Of a stretch of 64,000 nt of DNA, positions 1-13,947 are shown piece by piece; position 1 is the first letter of the stretch, and each line of letters begins with the position of its first letter. The stretch is from the NCBI RefSeq assembly GCF_038025025.1, contig NW_027117344.1, forward strand, positions 1,178,001 to 1,242,000, written 5' to 3'. Source of the stretch: Phyllosticta citribraziliensis (lineage: Eukaryota). The notes under the pieces are model-generated. The model saw only the letters and a program-made list of their open reading frames with translations. It searched no databases and had not been told where the DNA came from. Both the position numbers and the translations under genes were made by a program.

Positions 1-1317
1 AAGGACGAAGGGCTTAAGAGATTGGTGGAGTGGTAGAGGGCATGGGAGAGGCGGTGCGAACAGAGAAGACGGTAAAAGGGTCAGATTCGTCGAAGAAAAT
101 GTTGAAGGCGATGAAAAGACGGAAGTGAATGATGGGAAGAGGTGAAGAAAGTCTTGGTGAGATGATGAGGAAACGGTAGTACGAAAGCCGCAAAGGCAAA
201 TTGGGTAATACTTTGCTTCTTTCCTCTTCATTCGAACTTCCAAATTGTTCCTGTGGTATTCGGAGAGATCGCCTCTCGTCATCCCTTCGTGAGTAGCACC
301 CGAGGCTCGATGGCAAAAACACGGTAGACACAACTACTCGTGCTTGATAATAGACAACTCCCTAGCTCTTTCATGGTTAAAGAGTGGTGGTGGATTTTGA
401 ACGCTCCTCATTGCCTCTCTGGCTGCGATCTTGAACGCTTCCTATCACTCCTCCTTTCCGTAGATGAGATGAATGCTCCCTGTCTGTCATCTTTTGGTCT
501 TGTGTGCAACGACTCTCTCCTCAAAGCCCCAATGGAATGGTTCATCGTTGGTTTCATGTGATGAACTAGACATTGACTAACGTCTCCGTTGGTAGTCTCT
601 TGAGGGATAGATACCCTAGCTAGACGGAGTATGGTCAGGATATGGGCAGATTCCAACAAAGCCATTCATCAAACAATTGTGTGGAGCATCCATCACGGTA
701 TCCGACAAGGCAGAGGTCGGAGAAAAGACCCGAAGTTAGACAGAGTTGGCCGTGGCATCCGAGGCGTATTATAGAAGGGCGTGGAGCTGGTGTGAGGCGG
801 CGGATCCAGGGGCCCGCGGTGGAGCAGGGCGGCAGCGAAAGGAGCGCAATCAGACGATGTCAATGTTATCTCGAAAGATGTGTGATGTTGACGATGAATC
901 TTGTCCGTCAGGCAGGAGGGGCGGACGTGCGTCACTGACTCTTGGGTCCATGTCTGCCCCACTACCGCACCCGAGTTAAAAGACCCCGCGCCTCAGCACT
1001 GAAAACATTGAGTCGAGCCCCTCTTCCCTCACCTCCATCACTTCGCCTTCAATTCCTCAACAGATACCCTTCACCACAGAGGTGAGTTTCCCCTTATCTT
1101 CCTTCATCCAAGCTTGTGAGCCCCGAGTCACTGCGCTGGTGGCAATGCCACGGCTCGTCGCGCCAAGAGGGCCCCCCTCATATGGAGACATCACTCCACG
1201 TTGGCACGCCGATTCCGGGCTGCAAGAATCAGGCGCAATCTCTTGGGGCTCGCATTCCCTTCTCTCTCTCGTCCCGTCACACTCGTCGCCGGACTCAGCT
1301 AAACACAGCACAGCAAA

Positions 1318-2846
1318 ATGTCTCTCTCCAACAAGCTCGCCATCACCGACGTCGACCTCAAGGGCAAGCGCGTCCTGATCCGCGTACGTTTCCTCATAAC
1401 TTCAATGGCAAAGGCGCAGGGCTAAAACTTCCATAGGTCGACTTCAACGTCCCCCTTGATGGCGACAAGCAGATCACCAACAACCAGCGTATCGTCGGTG
1501 CTCTACCCACCATCAAGTACGCCGTTGAGAATGGCGCCAAGGCGGTCGTTCTGATGTCGCACCTGGGCCGTCCTGACGGCAAGCCCAACCCCAAGTACAG
1601 CCTGGCTCCCGTCGCCGCCGAGCTCGAGAAGCTGCTGAGCCGCAGCGTCGTCTTCACCAAGGACTGCGTTGGCCCCGAGGTCGAGGAGGCCGTCAACAAG
1701 GCCACCGACGGCCAGATTGTGCTGCTCGAGAACTTGCGCTTCCACGCCGAGGAGGAGGGCAGCTCCAAGGATGCCGAGGGCAAGAAGGTCAAGGCCGACA
1801 AGGCTGCTGTTGAGCAGTTCAGGAAGGGTCTCACTGCCCTGGGCGATGTCTACATCAGTAAGTTGACCCCACAGTGGGTGTCGAAAGACGAGACTTTGGA
1901 ACATCGCTGCACGCAGGCAGCGTTTGTTCACTGCCAGTTACGTCCAGAGTGTTGTCGTCTGCTCACACGGTTGCGCCTCGGGAGCAGTCGTTCACCATTG
2001 CAGCTCCTCTTACCCAGAGTCTCACATGTTTCGACACCTATCAGTCATGAGAGATTCAGACGCTAACTTGACTCAGACGATGCCTTTGGCACTGCCCACC
2101 GCGCACACAGCTCCATGGTCGGTGTCGACCTGTCCCAGAAGGCCTCTGGCTTCCTCGTCAAGAAGGAGCTCGAGTACTTCGCCAAGGCTCTTGAGAACCC
2201 TCAGCGCCCCTTCCTCGCCATCCTCGGTGGTGCCAAGGTTTCGGACAAGATTCAGCTGATTGACAACCTGCTCGACAAGGTCAACACCATCATCATCTGC
2301 GGTGGTATGGCCTTCACTTTCAAGAAGACGCTCGAGAACATGGCCATCGGTGACTCGCTCTTCGACAAGGCCGGTGCCGAGACCGTCCCCAACCTGGTCG
2401 AGAAGGCCAAGAAGAACAACGTCAAGATTGTTCTGCCCAACGACTTCATCACCGCCGACAAGTTCGACAAGGACGCCAACACTGGTTACGCCACCGACAA
2501 GGACGGCATCCCCGACGGCTGGATGGGTCTCGACTGCGGTGCTGAGTCGGTCAAGCTCTACAAGCAGGCCATTGACGAGTCGTCGACCATCCTGTGGAAC
2601 GGTCCCGCTGGTGTCTTTGAGTTTGAGAAGTTTGCCTCGGGTACCAAGGCCACGCTCGATACTGTCGTCGCCGCTGCTCAGAACGGCAAGATTGTCATCA
2701 TTGGCGGTGGCGACACTGCTACCGTGGCGGCCAAGTACGGCGTCGAGGACAAGCTCAGCCACGTGTCGACTGGTGGTGGTGCTTCGCTCGAGCTGCTTGA
2801 GGGCAAGGCTCTGCCCGGTGTCGTTGCTCTGTCGAGTAAGTCCTAG
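1318..2846 (+). CDS. PGK1: Phosphoglycerate kinase, 3 coding exons (1318-1383, 1437-1857, 2077-2846)
   Basis: Translates as [29 protein letters not shown]...LLENLRFH...[13 protein letters not shown]...[16 protein letters not shown]. Introns 1384-1436 and 1858-2076 are GT-AG. A probable 5'UTR intron runs from GTGAGT at 1082 to about 1308. Confidence 0.99.
1870..2045. mobile_element. MITE-like element inside PGK intron 2
   Basis: Left end CACAGTGGGTGTCGAAAGACGAGACT and right end AGTCTCACATGTTTCGACACC form an imperfect inverted repeat. The internal motif CACGGTTGCGCCTCGGGAGCAGTCGTTCAC is shared with other copies in the window. Confidence 0.7.
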
Positions 2847-3375
2847 ACGGTTGCGCACGAGTGAGCGAACGGCTCTGATGGTGCGGTGTAAAAGGGAGTC
2901 CACCCAGGCTTTAATTCTCTGGGCGGCTCATTGGCAAATAATTTAGATTAACGAAGATGATGAATATAACTTTACTTCAATGTGTCAATCGCCAGCGCAG
3001 TTGGACCCTAAGTACGAGGCGAGTTGGACATTGAATGCTCCCAGTCACCGTCAGCACTCTCAAACCTTTGTTGAATGAGATTCATGGCCGGAGCAACCGG
3101 GCGGTGCCATACGTCGTATTTCGCGGGAGAGTACCCAGATGTGGTATGCTTTGTGTGATTGTGGCTGCTCTTGCGGCCCATTGCTCAATTCGCTCGCTCT
3201 TCTTCGTTCTACAGCAAGAACATTCAAGTCCCACAACTTCTATCTCGGCGTTCCTTTTGGTCCTCGTGTTTCTAAGCGGCAAGTGGCAACATCCGTCTTC
3301 GCCCCCCAGTTTGAATGATGGGGCAGACGAGGCTGCGAGGTCTCCGCTACGATGCCTTAAACAATGGAAGACAAA

Positions 3376-3840
3376 TCAAGCCCTCTTCTGGTCAACCTTT
3401 TTCAGTTCCTCCCTAGGTGCAATGTCAGCTACGTCCATGCCAAATACCAGCTGCCGGCAACACAGGTGTTGACGGGGGAAATGTTCCCAGGCGGGCAGAC
3501 ATACTTTAGCTGTGCCGAAAAGTCCTCGCTCGTGTCGTCGTCATCCCAGCTCTCCTCCCACAGATGGCTGTTTGCGGCGGCGGCGGCGGGCAGCTCGGCG
3601 TCTTCGGTGTCCCAGTCTGCAGCGAGGTGGACGGAGTTAGCGGTGAGACTCTTTCAAGCTTAAGACGGATGCGCCGCAGGCAAAGGGGGGAGTACCTTCC
3701 GAGGGGAAGTCCTCAAACTCGTCGTCCTCTTCCAGCGCGGCGGCGGGCTTGTTGTTCTCGGTGGCCTTGTCGCCCGCGTCCTTGGGGTCAGCGGTGCTAG
3801 GGTTGTTTGTAGCGGCGTTGTTGTTTTGCGGGGCAGACAT
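3376..3840 (-). CDS. SEM1: 26S proteasome lid subunit Sem1/DSS1, 3 exons (3840-3696, 3616-3505, 3412-3376)
   Basis: Spliced product contains LEEDDEFEDFP, DW, HLWEESWDDDDTSEDFSAQLKEEL, the Sem1/DSS1 signature. Confidence 0.96.
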
Positions 3841-4526
3841 GGCGGATGAGAGGCGGAGGGACGGATCGGCGAGGTGGGTAGGTGGTAGCTTGGAAGCTTG
3901 AGACTGGAGGAAGAGGATCCGATGAGCGTCGGACTAGCTGTCAGGCTGGCTCTGTCGAGATGCGAGGAGGAAGCGAGAGATGGGCGGCACGTGGACTGGA
4001 ACTGGCGGTGGAGGTGTAGACCGGTAATGCGAGAGGGCAGTAGCTGGGATGGACTAGGTGCGGTGGTGTTGATGAAGGTCAAGCTTCGGGGGCGGTCAGC
4101 GGAGTGGCGCGCCAAGGCGGCACCCACCCAGCGCTGGCACGGACCATCCGAGGCGATGTCATAGGTCGAGGTGCCGGTAGCCCAGGCCGACGTCGACGAC
4201 TGAGAGCTGACAGCCCACATGCAGTGGACGCCAGAGTCCCGAGCGAGACAAGGAATAATGCCAGGGCACTACTTCTCGACTCCAGTTCCCCATCTCTCAT
4301 CTCCATCTCTCTCTTCGTTCTCCGCCCCTCTCGCCCGCCTCCAGCTAGCCCGCTCCGTCTTCATTCCAGCTCAGCTCCAGCCCCAAAAACCCTAAATGCA
4401 GCACTCCTGCGCTGCGGCTCGTGTGGCATTTTTTGTTTCGTTGCTGCCTGCTATACACTCTTAGTCTTCGTTGCTCCCTCACATCTTTGCCTCGCTCTCC
4501 CAAACGTTTGGATTCAACTGTCCACC

Positions 4527-7467
4527 ATGCCTCTCGGTGGTCTGCTGGGTTCCAGAGGCAAAAATGGCTCCAATTCGTCTCTCCGCCCCGAGGATGAGCC
4601 CCAGCAATGTAATCCTAAACCCCTTCGCCATGAACGCTCCCCAGTTACTGACACATATTTAGTGCAAGATGCCCTGTCCGGTGCGAACGATTCCATGCCA
4701 GCAAAGGATACGAAGAAAAGAATCCAAGCCGCTGACCTACATAGCTGCTGCCCACATGATCAACGATGATATGGAGACCGCCGAGCGTCTTCTCAAGGAC
4801 AAGGACACGCCGTTCCATAAAGTACGAGCGCCGCCACACTGCGTATTCTTCATTGGTTGACCATCATCAGCTAGGATGGGGAGTTGTCGTCTTCATGCGC
4901 GCAACACTTGGTTTCGAACAAGGCGCAATGAAAGAAGGTGCGCCGCTCGCTATCCCCTACCACTCAGCGCTTGAGGAACAGATGGACTGAGGACATTCCC
5001 TCCGATGTAGCGGCCGACGCCCTCTCCGAAGCCGAGAACACGGCCGCCGACTATCTGCGCCGCGCTCAGCGTCGCCCCTCGCGCTCTGCCATCTATCCTG
5101 CAGGATCAGAATATGCGTCGATCCAGGCACAGGCTCAGCTCATGAATTCTATAATATGCATCTTGAACGAGAGCTTAACGGAAAGCATTCGTGGATTCTA
5201 CAAGCTGCGCAAGGGCTTCATTGCGCTGACCACAATCATGGAGGCTGAGTTGACGTATTTGAAGAGTTTGGATACCGCCAAAGCAAACGGCACAGGGCAG
5301 GCTCAAGCCAGTCGATCGAGTCTCAATTTCCGAGAAAGCAAGCAGAAAGACTCGGACTCCACAGAAGCAAAGGGCTTGGCTGCTGTAACTTCTTCCAAGC
5401 CAGACCCAGGAGCAGCGAGCAGCTCTAAAATCACGACTGAAAGCTCGAGCGGAGTTGAGAAGGATTTGGGTGATTCTGACAGCGTCAACAGCTTCGTTGA
5501 TGCGGATGAGTCGCATCCAGACTCGCCCAAGACCTCTAAGTACGAGGGACACTTGGATATCAAGAACAGCAAGACTCAGGGGCAAGAATCCAAATCGTCT
5601 CCATCGGATACGACTCCGGCGTCCCAATCTCCAGCGTCCTCGGACGTTGCAGAAGTCGAAGCGCTTGCCTCTGACCTGAATGAGGCGCTCAACATGGCAA
5701 CCGATATCAACGCCACGGACCCGTCGTTTATTGGCCAGGATCCCATTGACGTTTACATCCACTCTTCAACCAACATGTGCTTTGGAGTATTCATGATCCT
5801 CCTCTCCCTTGTTCCTCCTGCCTTTGGAACGCTCCTGAAAATTGTGGGGTTCCGCGGAGACCGCGAGCGTGGCCTTGCCATGCTGTGGCAGAGCACCCTG
5901 TACGACAACATCTACGGCGGGCTCGCTGGACTCATGCTATTGGGCTACTACAATGGCTTGATGGGTGTGTGTGACATCGTGCCGAGCAGTGGGCGTGGTT
6001 CATATCCCCGCGAGAGATGTAAGCTACTGCTGGGGGAGATGAGGCGGCGATATCCACGCAGCCACCTGTGGTTGATGGAGGATGCGCGGCGTCGTGTTGC
6101 GGAAAGGCAGCTAGATGAGAGTCTGGCAGTGCTGGAGGGCAGCAAGCCGAGTCCCCTGCGGCAGGTGGAAGCGCTTCACTGGTTCGAGCGGAGCTTGACC
6201 CTGATGTTCGTACATCGGTATGAAGGGTGCAGCGAAGGCTTCCAGCGCTGCTGCGAAATGAACAACTGGAGCCAGGGGTTGTATCTGTATATTTCGGCTT
6301 CTGCTCATATAGAGGTGTATCGCAAACTCCAGAAGTCGGATGAAAAAGCAGCGGTAAGTTTGCACTTTGAGTTCCCGTCCCACAATGGACATCAAGAGGA
6401 CTGGTCTCTCCCTAGGGAGCCGTCGAACACGGCAACAGTTGTACTCCGGGAGCTGTCATTACTTTTGACCCCTGCTGTGGCCCCTCCTTTGTTGATCCAA
6501 AGCCTTCGATTCATCCTCAGCTAATTGCGTACAGGCCAAACACGCCAAACACGCTGAGGAATTGCTCCTCCGCACTCCAGCACACACGTCCAAGCGCCGC
6601 CTCATGGCGCGCCAGCTCCCTTTCGATCTTTTTGTCGCCCGCAAGCTGGCAAAATGGCAAACTCGTGCAGCCGCGCGCGGTGTGTCACTGATCGATGCCG
6701 TTGGCGTCTCACCGATAGAAGAGATGATTTACTTTTGGAATGGGTACAAGCGCATGGCTGATCAGCATTTGAGCGATTCGATGGAGGCGTTGCGCTGGAG
6801 CTGTTTGAGCGAGTCCGGACCAGCTGGAGATGTTAAAGACGCAGAGTCGAGTCAAGAGTCGAAAGACTTTGAAAAGAAAGATCTGGAAAAGATCGGGAAG
6901 GCGGAGACGTCAATCTCAATGGAGACGGACGATTCCCTCGAGTCAGACTCGGCCTCTGGGGTCAACGCTGCGCCCAGTATGCCCACTTCGACTTCAGAAC
7001 CCATCGACGAGCGCGCCCTGCACGCCCTCTTAACTGCTGTGGCCCTGCGCGCCCGTGGCCACATCGACGCCGCCAAAGACCGCCTCCGCAACGGCGTGCT
7101 GTGCTACGATTGGGCGACACTCAAGGCATGCGGCCGCGAGGCCGACTCGTGGGTCTTACCAGCCGCGACATATGAGATGGCGGCTTGTCTATGGGTCGAG
7201 AATGAGGCGGTCAGGGAGACGAAGGGGGCCGGTACAGTGGGACCAGTTGGCGAAGACCCGGAAGAAAAGGAGAGGCTAAGGGAGTGCGGGAGATGGGTCG
7301 AAAAGGTCGCGAAGTGGGGCGAGGGGTATGATTTGGATTCCAGGTGCGTCCTCGTTGTTCTATGGTGTCGATGATGAGTTAATGACTGACTGTTTGGCAG
7401 GTTTGGCCTCAAGATTACCACGGCGAAAGACACTCTTAAAAGAGTCGGCATTGATACCGTGACATGA
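4527..7467 (+). CDS. IML2: IML2/YKR018C (TTC39) family TPR-like protein, multi-exon
   Basis: Motifs FMRATLGFEQ, YPAGSEY, ESLTESIRGFYKLRKGF, LLSLVPPAFGTLLKIVGFRGDRERGL, RQLPFDLFVARKLAKW, VSPIEEMIYFWNGYKRM and YDLDSRFGLKITTA. Several GT-AG introns, including an 18-nt microexon near 4663-4680. Confidence 0.88.
6381..6479. mobile_element. Degenerate MITE-like copy in an IML2 intron
   Basis: Left end CACAATGGACATCAAGAGG...CCCTAGGGAGC, internal CCGGGAGCTGTCA, right end TCATTACTTTTGACCCCTGCTGTG. Confidence 0.5.
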
Positions 7468-8034
7468 GGTCCGAAGGGACTGATTCGTTAGGATGGTTTG
7501 GACATAACGACGTCTATGCGACACGCACGGCCAACTGCTGATTGGATAGACCCAAGAAAAACTAGAATTTTGGTATTTTTCAGAATACTCCGCCTGTCTG
7601 CAGTCTGAGTAATTTGGTTTTCTGGATTGTCTACATGGCCAACTGCTCGTATTCTACAGATACAGCACATGTCTCACCTAGGGAACCTAATACCTCGATG
7701 CAAGACTGCTCAATGGCATTGTCGTCTACAAGGTCATTATCTGTCTTACGAACAATGGAGTCTCAGACCGCCCCTCGACACCTCGAGAGACAAGCTCGAG
7801 CTTTGAGTCCAAAGAGTCACTCTGGAACGCAGCATGCTGAGAAGGATTTGCGAATAGTAATTCCATTAAGGCTGCGCTTCGCAATGGAAATGCTGGTTTA
7901 TAAGAAACGGTCGTCCGCGAGCAGGAAGACGAGGCCAGACGCAAACCAGCTCACTACCAAAGCAACCTTCATTCACCTCTACAACCTTCAGAACCAAAGC
8001 ACCTTCAAAAGCGCTCCAGTCGACAACAGTCAAC

Positions 8035-8250
8035 ATGTGCACCAGGACCAAGCTCGCCTGTGGTTGCCCCGGCAAGACGACTCGTTGTAAGAAAAGGAAG
8101 GCATGCAAGCCGCCGACGCCTGTCAATGTTACCAATTGTCGTACATGCGCGGCTTCCAAGGCGAGCATAGCAGCGGCCTCTTCTCAGAGGACAAATCGAT
8201 CCAAAAGATCGGCGAAAAAGGCCATGAAGGCTAAGAAAAATATGAAATAG
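8035..8250 (+). CDS. Small basic Cys-rich hypothetical protein (71 aa)
   Basis: ATG in good context (CAACATG), TATA-like TATAAGAA near 7899 and a CA-rich leader. Sequence MCTRTKLACGC...C...C...CRTC with a Lys/Arg-rich tail. Confidence 0.5.
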   Translation: MCTRTKLACGCPGKTTRCKKRKACKPPTPVNVTNCRTCAASKASIAAASSQRTNRSKRSAKKAMKAKKNMK

Positions 8251-9151
8251 ACGGATGCGCAAGCGAGAGACTGAATGTTGGACGGGACGAGATGAATTGA
8301 TGCACCCTTCTTTCTGAAAGAATCACGCCCGCCACAAACGAATCTCCCTGGACAGCCTTTCGGTTTACATTTTCATTGCTTCAGAACACACCAATCACTG
8401 GATTTCTTTGCTGCAGAAAAATGATGAGAGAAAAAAGAGTGCATGATAGACTGGACATCAATGAGGCCAAAAAGCCAAAAACAAAACAAAAAATGGAAAC
8501 GGAAAGATGAAAAGAAAAACTTTGGGAGAGGTCATGTCCAAACCCTCCACGCAGACGACGCAGCGACTTGGTTGAATTTCCGCAGGGGTGACAAAGGGAA
8601 TGAAACCTAGCACTCATGCTCTATCTACAGAGCTGTTGTTCACCGCCGTAGATAGACCAAGAAGTGTCAGTCCTTTCAACGCCTACTGTGTACTGTCGTT
8701 CCATATTGACTCCTGTCAATCCACCACATCTGCTCTAGTCTGAAAATTGAAGATAGAAAAAATGTATCCGTACTTTCTGTAGATCTGGTGTAGCTTGAAT
8801 GCTCCTTGTTCAATGCCTTTTAAAGCGCACGAATGCTCCCACGTATGTTTCCAAGCTACCCTCCTACGTAGTATTTTCTGCCATGACTTTTCCAACCCAC
8901 ACTCGACGACCTGAAGCCTCCCAAGAGACAGGGCCCGTGCATAATTAACGCCAAGACCGTCAGATGTCGCGACGTTCGAGGTTATGTTGGATCCGAAGTT
9001 ACCCCTTTGCATAACCTTTGCATACGCTTTTCTTATCGATAGCGGCCTCCGCGACTTTTTGCTCCCCAAGAGCTCGTCGATTTACTCTGGACTATCACAT
9101 ACACTCGCTTTGAAAAGTCTCTTTGCAGTCTGTCGGGACTATCCAAGCACA

Positions 9152-10103
9152 ATGGCTGAATCTACGTCCCAAAACAGTCCTTTCATACGGCAGCTCGCTG
9201 CAAATGGTAATGCGCAAACTGCACCAATTTCCCTCCCGTTGGTGGATCGACTGTGAGTGCTAACGGCAGAATCGCATCAGACAAGCGCATACGCGACAAG
9301 GCGCTCGACAGTCTCAAGACCTTCCTCCAGAGCCGGACAGACGGGATCGATGAGATTGAGCTTCTCAAGCTCTGGAAAGGCCTCTTCTTCTGTACGCAAG
9401 AAAACACCTCGTTCCTCGTCGTCGCTGCACGCACGACCGCTCCTCCACGCACCACCATGCAGCCAACAACAAGAACGAATCGCGCTGACCACCACCCGCT
9501 TCAACCACAGGCATGTGGCAATCCGACAAGCCACTGACACAGCAGAGCCTGGCGCGCGAGCTGGCCGGCATCGTCGACACGCTGCCGCAGGCGCTGGCGC
9601 TGCCCTTCCTGGCCGCCTTCTGGCAGACCATGGCGCGCGAGTGGAACGGCATCGACGCGCTGCGCATGGACAAGTTCCTGTACCTCGTCCGCTGCTACCT
9701 GGCCGCCGGCTGGCGCCACTTTGCCGCGCGCCGCTGGCGCGACGCCTCCCGCTTGCACGAGTACCTCGACATTCTGCGCGCGACGCCGCTGAACCCGACC
9801 GACCCCCGCATCCCCAACGGTCTGAGGTATCATGTCGTCGATATTTACGTCGACGAGCTGGACAAGGTGGACGAGAAGCGTGAGGGCAATATGCCGTTGG
9901 ACGAGGTCATGGCGCCGCTGCGCGAGCTGGGCGAAAAGAGCGTCACCAAGGCTGTGCGGCAGAGGGTCAAGGAGACGTTGGATGACGAGGCGAAGAAGCT
10001 GAGAAATTGGAACAAGGTGGGAGAGGAGAGTGAGGAGGAGGATGAGGATGAGAATGGTGAGCAGGAGGACCAGGATGAGGAATGGGGTGGGATTGACGAC
10101 TGA
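9152..10103 (+). CDS. RRP1: Nucleolar rRNA-processing protein Rrp1/Nop52, 3 exons
   Basis: Motifs PFIRQLAAN/DKRIRDKAL, LLKLWKGLFFC/MWQSDKPLTQQ, FWQTMAREWNGIDALRMDKFLYLVR and PNGLRYHVVDIY, plus an acidic tail. Confidence 0.95.
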
Positions 10104-10232
10104 TATCCAAAACTCGTTTCTTTTCTCTCGAGGGTCACAGCGCGGCGTTTTGGGTTCAAACGGGTTCATCTCGATTGATATTCTTTTCGAAGACGATATC
10201 TAGAAAAGGCTTCATGTTGAAGCCAAGCTCTC

Positions 10233-11501
<1,269 letters not shown>

Positions 11502-12019
11502 GGTGGAGTGTTGTTGTGGAGTTGAAAGATTTAATGGTGGCCCGGACTCGAAAAGTCCAGCTAAAGCGCACTAGCGCCGTCAAAAGTTGGGGGAATTTAG
11601 TCGTTGCCGCTCGCTACCACGCTCCACAACGCCACCGGGCACCAGCCTCCGCAAACCCGCCACGGTTGAGCGCGTGCTATGATTGATCACGCAATTCTGT
11701 ACCAAAAGCGATATGAAGAAGACTGAATCCATTCCGCCCCAAAAACGCACCGTTCGCCTGTTTGTGCACCGTGGTGTCCCGAAAGCTGTAGTGTACATAC
11801 TACATCAAGAAAGTGGAATAGAGGGGCTCCAAATACCCGCAGAGACCCAAACCCCAAAGTGCCATCCTAGGAAACCAGAGCCCGCCATGATATTAACGCA
11901 ATGATCCCGTTCACAAAACTCTTGGAGACACATGATCCACGCTGGCGACCCCGTACGATCTCGCAGTCTTGCGCTGCGGGGGGTCTCAAAAGATGCAACT
12001 GCTAATCGTCACTCGTATC

Positions 12020-13188
12020 TCATCGGAACTCAATCGCTCCCGTGCATCCGTGGTCGTCGACGTGCTCCAAGTCCAACTGCTGGTACCTGTCGAAGAAGTG
12101 GGTCAGCATCTGATGGCTATCGTGGTAATGGAGCACACTTACTTTTCGCTCTTAGCATGAAAGTAGATCCCGCTGATCTTGCCTGTAACCTGACTGAAAC
12201 AGATGTAGTAGAACCCCTCGAAACTAGCGCCGGATATGGTCCGGACGGTGTGGTCGGGCACAAGGAAATGCTCCTTCCATCTCATGAAGAGATACTCTCG
12301 TTGGGCAAAGTTCTTGTACGTAAAGTCGGCGCGTTTGGCCTGCTTGGCCAGGGGGCGCCAGGCAGGGAACCGGCCCCAGTGTTGCATGTCAACCTTTTCG
12401 TTGGACCCCCACTCTGGCCGGTTGGTTTGGAAAGTGTACTTTGTGCCAATGATTTCGCCTTCAAAATACGTTGTGAGGGTAGGATGGTCATCGGTGAGTC
12501 CTGCTGGCTGGTTAACAGTTTGTACGACATGACATGGCGTGATGGAGGTTTGCGCGTGGAACCAACCTTGTATCCGGAGATAGCCACACAAACAGTGTTG
12601 TTCCATGTCGACATATTTGATCTCCACTTGAACTTCGTACACTTGTCGATCGGATTGTTGGGTGCCCTTGAACTTGCTACCGGGTTTGAGGAAAGACGAC
12701 GTCGAATTCGGTAGAAACTGTGATTGGCGGAGTCAGAAGGGGTGTTGTTTAGACGAATTTGGTTGGCAGCTTACCCTGTGTTCAGGCCACGCAGAGCTTA
12801 AAAGTTTAGGGGACCAGGAGGCAGCTGGCGGGGCCGGAGGGCTTTGATGCAAGGCGCGGTCGGTGTAGGCGGCGTCGCCGGTGGCGCTCAGAGGGCTGGG
12901 AGTGTCCCTCAGAGGACCATCGTCATCAGTGTCCATTTGCTTGGTCTGCAGGTCACTCCGGGGCAAGCCATCCGGTCTGGAGTTGTCGTGGTCAGCGGGC
13001 GGCGTCGCGAGCTGCGAAGGTTCGGGACGAGGCGAAGAGAGGTGGTCGTGGTCTACGGGCTGGCTGTGGATCGCAGTGTCCTCGGGGGGCGCGTGAGGGC
13101 GCGTGTTCTCCGGGGGACATGTCGTGCGGGCAGAGGTAGAGTCTGGCGGAGGCGAGAGCATCAGGGTGTCTTGACTCGGTTGCGGCAT
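12020..13188 (-). CDS. GID4: GID/CTLH ubiquitin ligase substrate receptor Gid4/Vid24, multi-exon
   Basis: Motifs CGYLRIQG/LTDDHPTLTTYFEGEIIG, FMRWKEHFLVPDH, ISGASFEGFYYICF and GIYFHAKSEK/YQQLDL. Pro-rich N-terminal exon. Confidence 0.93.
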
Positions 13189-13947
13189 GGTGCTGAGGGT
13201 CGCTCGGTGCAGGTATCAGGGAGATAGGCGAGAATCAACATCAGAAGAGCGCTTCAAGCGGCCACCAATGGAATTGAATTGAGCAAGGGCGCAAAGTCAG
13301 AAGAATGCAAGCAGGAGGAGAGCGGCTACAGCAGGGAGCTGCGCGGGAGGGCGGGTGTCATGGTGGGCTTTGAGGATGGTCGGGAGAGAGAGCAAGAGAT
13401 GGAGGCGAGCGAACGAGCGCAAAGCAGCGGCGGGAGGCTCCCGACGTGGTCCCCGGCTCGGGGCTTAACCTGATGGGCCCTAGGAATTGCCTGTAGGCTA
13501 GGCGGCGCCCTGCGGGGAAGCCATGAGCGGCAATCACGTGGCGCTGCAAACTTCAACGGCGCTGCGCCCTTCTTGAGCTCCCCAAGCCAACTGTCGTGTG
13601 GGTGTGGATTGCATCATCGCCTATCTGCCAACTTGAAAATGCTCGGGTGGGTGAGTGGGCCCAGATTGGTAGTCCCACGCTTCAACATCATTTATTCTTG
13701 GCGTCCAATTGCCGTGCTGTGTGCTGTACATTTGTTCCCTCTTGTCCGGAAGAGGCGCAGTTGGCTCGACAGCCCACTCCTTCATGGCTTTTTTCCCGAC
13801 CGTGCTGGAATCTTTCATGATCAAGTGACGCCCGCTGGCATTCAGTTGACCCGACCCTGCCCCCGTCCCTAAGTGCCCGATGCAGGTGGACAGACAGACA
13901 GATGAACCGGCAAATCTTCCTCAAAGTCTATTCCACGTTTAATCGCC

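Noticed and set aside
2844..2870. Stop-codon readthrough of PGK as the PTS1 mechanism
   Set aside because: The stop is TAG ACG rather than the leaky TGA CTA context, so alternative splicing explains the signal better.
2073..2903. Long antisense ORFs opposite PGK, and similar ones at 17051-17863, 57756-58748, 60330-61247 and 61975-62886
   Set aside because: These are shadow ORFs produced by strong GC3 codon bias of the real genes on the other strand, with no recognisable motifs.
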